From NCBI RefSeq assembly GCF_009914755.1, contig NC_060931.1: a stretch of DNA of 64,000 nt; one strand, given 5' to 3'. Position 1 is the stretch's first letter; every line of letters begins with the position of its first letter. Position numbers and translations under genes: made by a program. The notes under the pieces are model-generated. The model was not told the DNA's origin and ran no database searches. It was given only the letters and a program-made list of their open reading frames with translations. This DNA comes from the human T2T-CHM13v2.0 reference genome, Homo sapiens. Shown piece by piece: positions 59,188-64,000 of this stretch.

Positions 59188-60707
59188 TCAAGTCTAAACA
59201 GAAATGACTAAGTAGCAGCTAAAGATCAATGTATAGAAAAAAAATTCAGATGGTAATCACGACCATCTTTCTTTAGTAACAGCAAGTACAACAGTAGAAA
59301 ATACAATTCCTACTAAAAACTGTAAATGAACTCAAAGGAACTACGACAAATTTTTTCCAATTAAGAACACATTCTATATAAAATGCATATAACTGCAACA
59401 GAACTTCTATTTTTCCTGTTTTATTAAAAGTACTACATTTAAAAAGTACAAACCAATCTTTTAACAAGTATAGTGCCTTTCATGGATATGCTTCATGGGG
59501 CAAGTTATGAGAGCTGTGTACATTTAAATCTATTCAATCAAAGATAGTAAAATATCCCAAGAGTCTCCAGGCTGAACAAATAATCGACTGCTTCTCAAGT
59601 TACCTTTTAAGGCACCACTGCTCAAGAACAAGAGAACTTTTTGAACAGGTGAGCCAAACATGAGGCTACTGTCTGCAATATCCTGGTCTCCTTTATTAGG
59701 TATGCCTATTTAGTTCCCTCTATTGAGAATATTCCCACTCACCTCTACCTCTGCTCCAATCTGAAAGAAGCCCAAAGTCAGCAGTTACGCATATAGTCTC
59801 CATGTACTGCATCTGGATGTACTGAATCTCCATGTACTAATGCTTGATGCCCCATCCCAGCATCGGGGTCATGATCCTGCTAGCTAGTACTTCCATACCC
59901 ATGTTCTCTCACACTGGTTTTAACAGTCCTGGGCTGCAATCAACATGTCCCAGGCCCCAGTGGCCACTGTTCCCAGGAGTTGCCATGCAGCAGGCTCCTT
60001 AACCCAGTTTTTTTTCTCACTCCTTTGCATGGGTCCCTGATCTCATGCAATGATCTTTGCCTCTCAGATCTCTGATTAAAACACACTACCTCCTAGACTC
60101 TACCATCTGATCTTCTGAAGAACAATCTACATTTGTCTCCTTTATCCTGCTATCTGCCTCGTCTATGCCTGCCAAGTCTGCTTTTCAAGGACTGACATCC
60201 CGGGTCTGGAAATCTAGCTTCACCCATCAGTCCTGTGAACCTTGATAACTCTTCTACCTCCTAGTTTATTCCTATCCATTTCTGCTCAAATCCCAGCAGA
60301 CAGTTCATCTTGCTTTACTACAATTTGAATGATTAAAGCAAACAGAATTATACATCAAAATGTATTTACTGTAACTATCACCTCAGCTTTCCATTATAAG
60401 TTTCTTATCATCAAAGACTGCATCATACACATTAAAATCTGTCTGCCTGGGCAACATAGCAAGACTCCGTCTCTAAGAAAATTAAAGAGTTGGCCGGGCA
60501 TGGTGGTTCATGCCTGTAGTTCTAGCTACTGGGGAGGCTGAGGCAGGAGGATTGCTTGAGCCCAGGAGTTTGAGGTTGCAGTGAGCTGTGAGTGTACTCC
60601 AGCCTAGATGACAGAGTGAGGTCTCAATTCTAATAAAAAATTAATTAATAAAATTAAAATTTGTTAAAGTACCTAAAATAGTGTTAAGACATTTATTTGG
60701 TAACTCA

Positions 60708-60992
<285 letters not shown>

Positions 60993-61190
60993 TTAAAAAT
61001 AAACAAAACTTCTTTTACTAGTTATATTCACTATATGAATTTTCAAAATATGCCATCATCTTAGCTGGAAACACTAATTTTCTACTCAAATAACTGCTTA
61101 TTCAAATACTACAATGGAATATATTTAATTCTTGTCTTACTACAATTACATTTCTCCACAATAGAAAGAAGATTCCAAGTTCAGGTTTTA

Positions 61191-61394
<204 letters not shown>

Positions 61395-62340
61395 CTAAAG
61401 AAAAAAACACAAAATTCGAATTTCCAATTGTATTCAACTGTATATTTTTGAATGTATATTTGGAGAAAATCAGGTTGACAAATCTATAGTGACAGAAAGC
61501 AAATTGGTAGTTGTCTGGGGATGGAGCAGGGGAGGAATGGGTAGTAAAAGGGCTAGGAGACTTCTGGAGTGATGAAAATGTTTGTTTCCTTAATTGTGGT
61601 GATGGTTTCATGGCATCTACATATGTTAAAACTGATCAAATTGTACACTTTATGTGAGTTTGTTGTACTTAAATTATATCTTAATAAAGTTGTGAAAAAA
61701 TCACATTAATAAATGATTGTCATTTCTTTCTCCAATAAGAAGCATTTTTAGTAATATATGGTTCCTTTAAGAATTTTTTTTTGGTTCCTATAAAACTTAT
61801 TTCTCAAAACATATTCATATTCAATGACCAATATCTCAAATACCATTCTATTATCCTTAATAATAGATATAATACCTTTGTTCTTCAATAGCAGTTAACT
61901 AGCACAGGGTCTGAATATTTAGGGTAGATGCTAGGTGAAAATTTTAAAGAATTTAGAATATGTTTGCCAGTCCTGGAACATATTTCTTTCAGCTCACTAC
62001 CACTAAAACCCTCATGAGTTCCCAAAGGGGACTAAGTGCCATTATGTGATGGTGGAAAAAAAAAGTTTAATTAATGAAGTGTTTAAAAGCCATCTATCTA
62101 TTTCTCTCTGTTCTTTCTCATTCAAAGAAATACCATTTTCAAAAAAGTCATTTTCTTGGAAAGCGCATACTAACATTTCAGGTGGCTATAAATTATAATT
62201 TATGCCTCTAGCACAATATGCACCAAATGTTGACTTACATATCCTTAAAATCATTAAGAGAAGCATAAATTTAAAGCCACGAATTACTAATAAAATTGAA
62301 AAATAATTTCTATAAAAGGGACATAATTCAATAATCCTTA

Positions 62341-62538
<198 letters not shown>

Positions 62539-64000
62539 TTAGGAAAAGTAAACATGAAATTTAAAAATTATACATTCATTAAAAATAATGATACTCTAAG
62601 GTTGACCTTTAAGGTGCAGTATGTATGGTATCGCTCTTTCATGTCTTTAAAAAATGAATCCATCTAGTTATTCCCTGATTTATCTATTGAGGACCTAATA
62701 AATCTAATGGAGACACAAGAGGTACTGCAAACTCAGACCATATACTCAGAGCAATGTCTAGTGAGGTTCCCTACTCGTGGATCTTATGAAATAAATGAAC
62801 GAATGATAAAAATTTGTCTCTGAAATAAATATTCTGGAAGGGTGATAAATTTCCATACTGTATTGTTTGTTAAACAAAATACAGTTCATATTCCTATGAC
62901 TTCCAGAACAATCTCTTCCTACCCCAGGTCTTATAAGGTTTCATATGAGAAGGTCAGAACTGAAATAGGCATTAATAATGTACATCTGAGTCCTGTCCTG
63001 ACCTAGAAATCTGCACCACTCCCTTAAACACTGGACTAATAGATCTAGTATAAGAACAGTAACAGATCGAGTGTAAGATTAGTAACACCAGTCCTATAGA
63101 TGCTATAGATTTCAAAATTTGAGATTAACACACTAGGTAATAATAATCCAAGCCACTCTTAGTTGCATTTTATATCTATTTCAGCTCTTAAGAACCTTGA
63201 AGCAAGTCAATGCTGCCAAACCCTCCAACCTCACCTCCCTAGCACTCCTCTCCTTGCACTCTAAGCTCCAGTCAACAGGGTATTCCCCAACATATCATTA
63301 CTTCCTGTACCTCTGTGCTTTTGCCTGTAGACCACGCTTCCTTTGCTTCTTTATTAGCATGAAATTGGTTCATGCTAATTTCTACTCTTCCATCAAAACT
63401 CGGCTCAGTTGTCAACTCCTCCAAAAAGCCTTCCCTGATAACTCCTTATCCCACCTCACCCCCAGTTTAGGTTATATGCTCCTACACTACTCTGTGTATA
63501 CTTCTCGCATAGTGTATGCTGTCATCTCCTTGTTGGTCACCCTGGTCAAATTAATCTCTCTGAATTTCCATTTATTGACCTGTAAAGCCCAGGGAATATC
63601 TTCATGTAGAATACAAAGCAATCCAAGAAAGCCAAGAAAGGGCTGGCTACTCATACACAGTAGCCATCATTATTAGTATCGTTCTGCGCTAATACTGTTC
63701 ACCCTTCTTTTTCTCCTAGAATTTGAGAATACAGACTGTGCACAAGCATTTGACAAATATTTGTCAAATGAACAAAAGAGTAAATCTGTAAATTAAACAA
63801 TAAGTAAGGGAGAATGAAAAACCCTAAAGGACTAACCATGAAGTTGCAGAATTTTCACACTGTTTTTACTCTACCAATTTTGCTATTACAGTCTATAGGA
63901 CAACTGTAGAATGCCATCAGGGGCCTCAAACACAACACTTAACATAACACATATATTATTCTCTGAAGAGAGTAGATTTATTGTTAAGACTAAAAATGCT

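Noticed and set aside
63197-63676. 159-aa ORF on the + strand
   Set aside because: Lies in a PEX1 intron over L2/MIR-like sequence, lacks an ATG at its start and has no recognisable domain

Overview
Primate genomic DNA, recognisable from the encoded proteins as the human 7q21.2 locus. In order: (1) a CHCHD4/MIA40 processed pseudogene interrupted by a MER11-type solo LTR; (2) the complete 5-exon GATAD1 gene (+ strand, 269 aa) with a CpG-island promoter and an Alu-rich 3' region; (3) the full-length ERVW-1 (HERV-W) provirus on the - strand (27286-37507, GTTG target-site duplication), with decayed gag/pro/pol and an intact env encoding syncytin-1 (538 aa), inserted into an old MaLR LTR; (4) a deleted HERV-H provirus (38508-44589, - strand) nested in an ERV1-type solo LTR that itself sits in an ERVL internal relic; (5) the last 12 coding exons of PEX1 (- strand). 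I find no clearly new biological system; this is a well-studied locus. The most notable sequence-level observations are: GCM1-type motifs on both sides of the ERVW-1 integration site; a 64-bp near-identical duplication 21 kb apart; primer-binding sites that fit tRNA-Arg and tRNA-Phe better than the eponymous Trp and His; a second RNase H relic in the HERV-W leader; a duplicated ETS element at GATAD1; and a GC-AG intron in PEX1. Repeat family names and literature references come from recall, not from database searches, and repeat boundaries are approximate unless a TSD is quoted.
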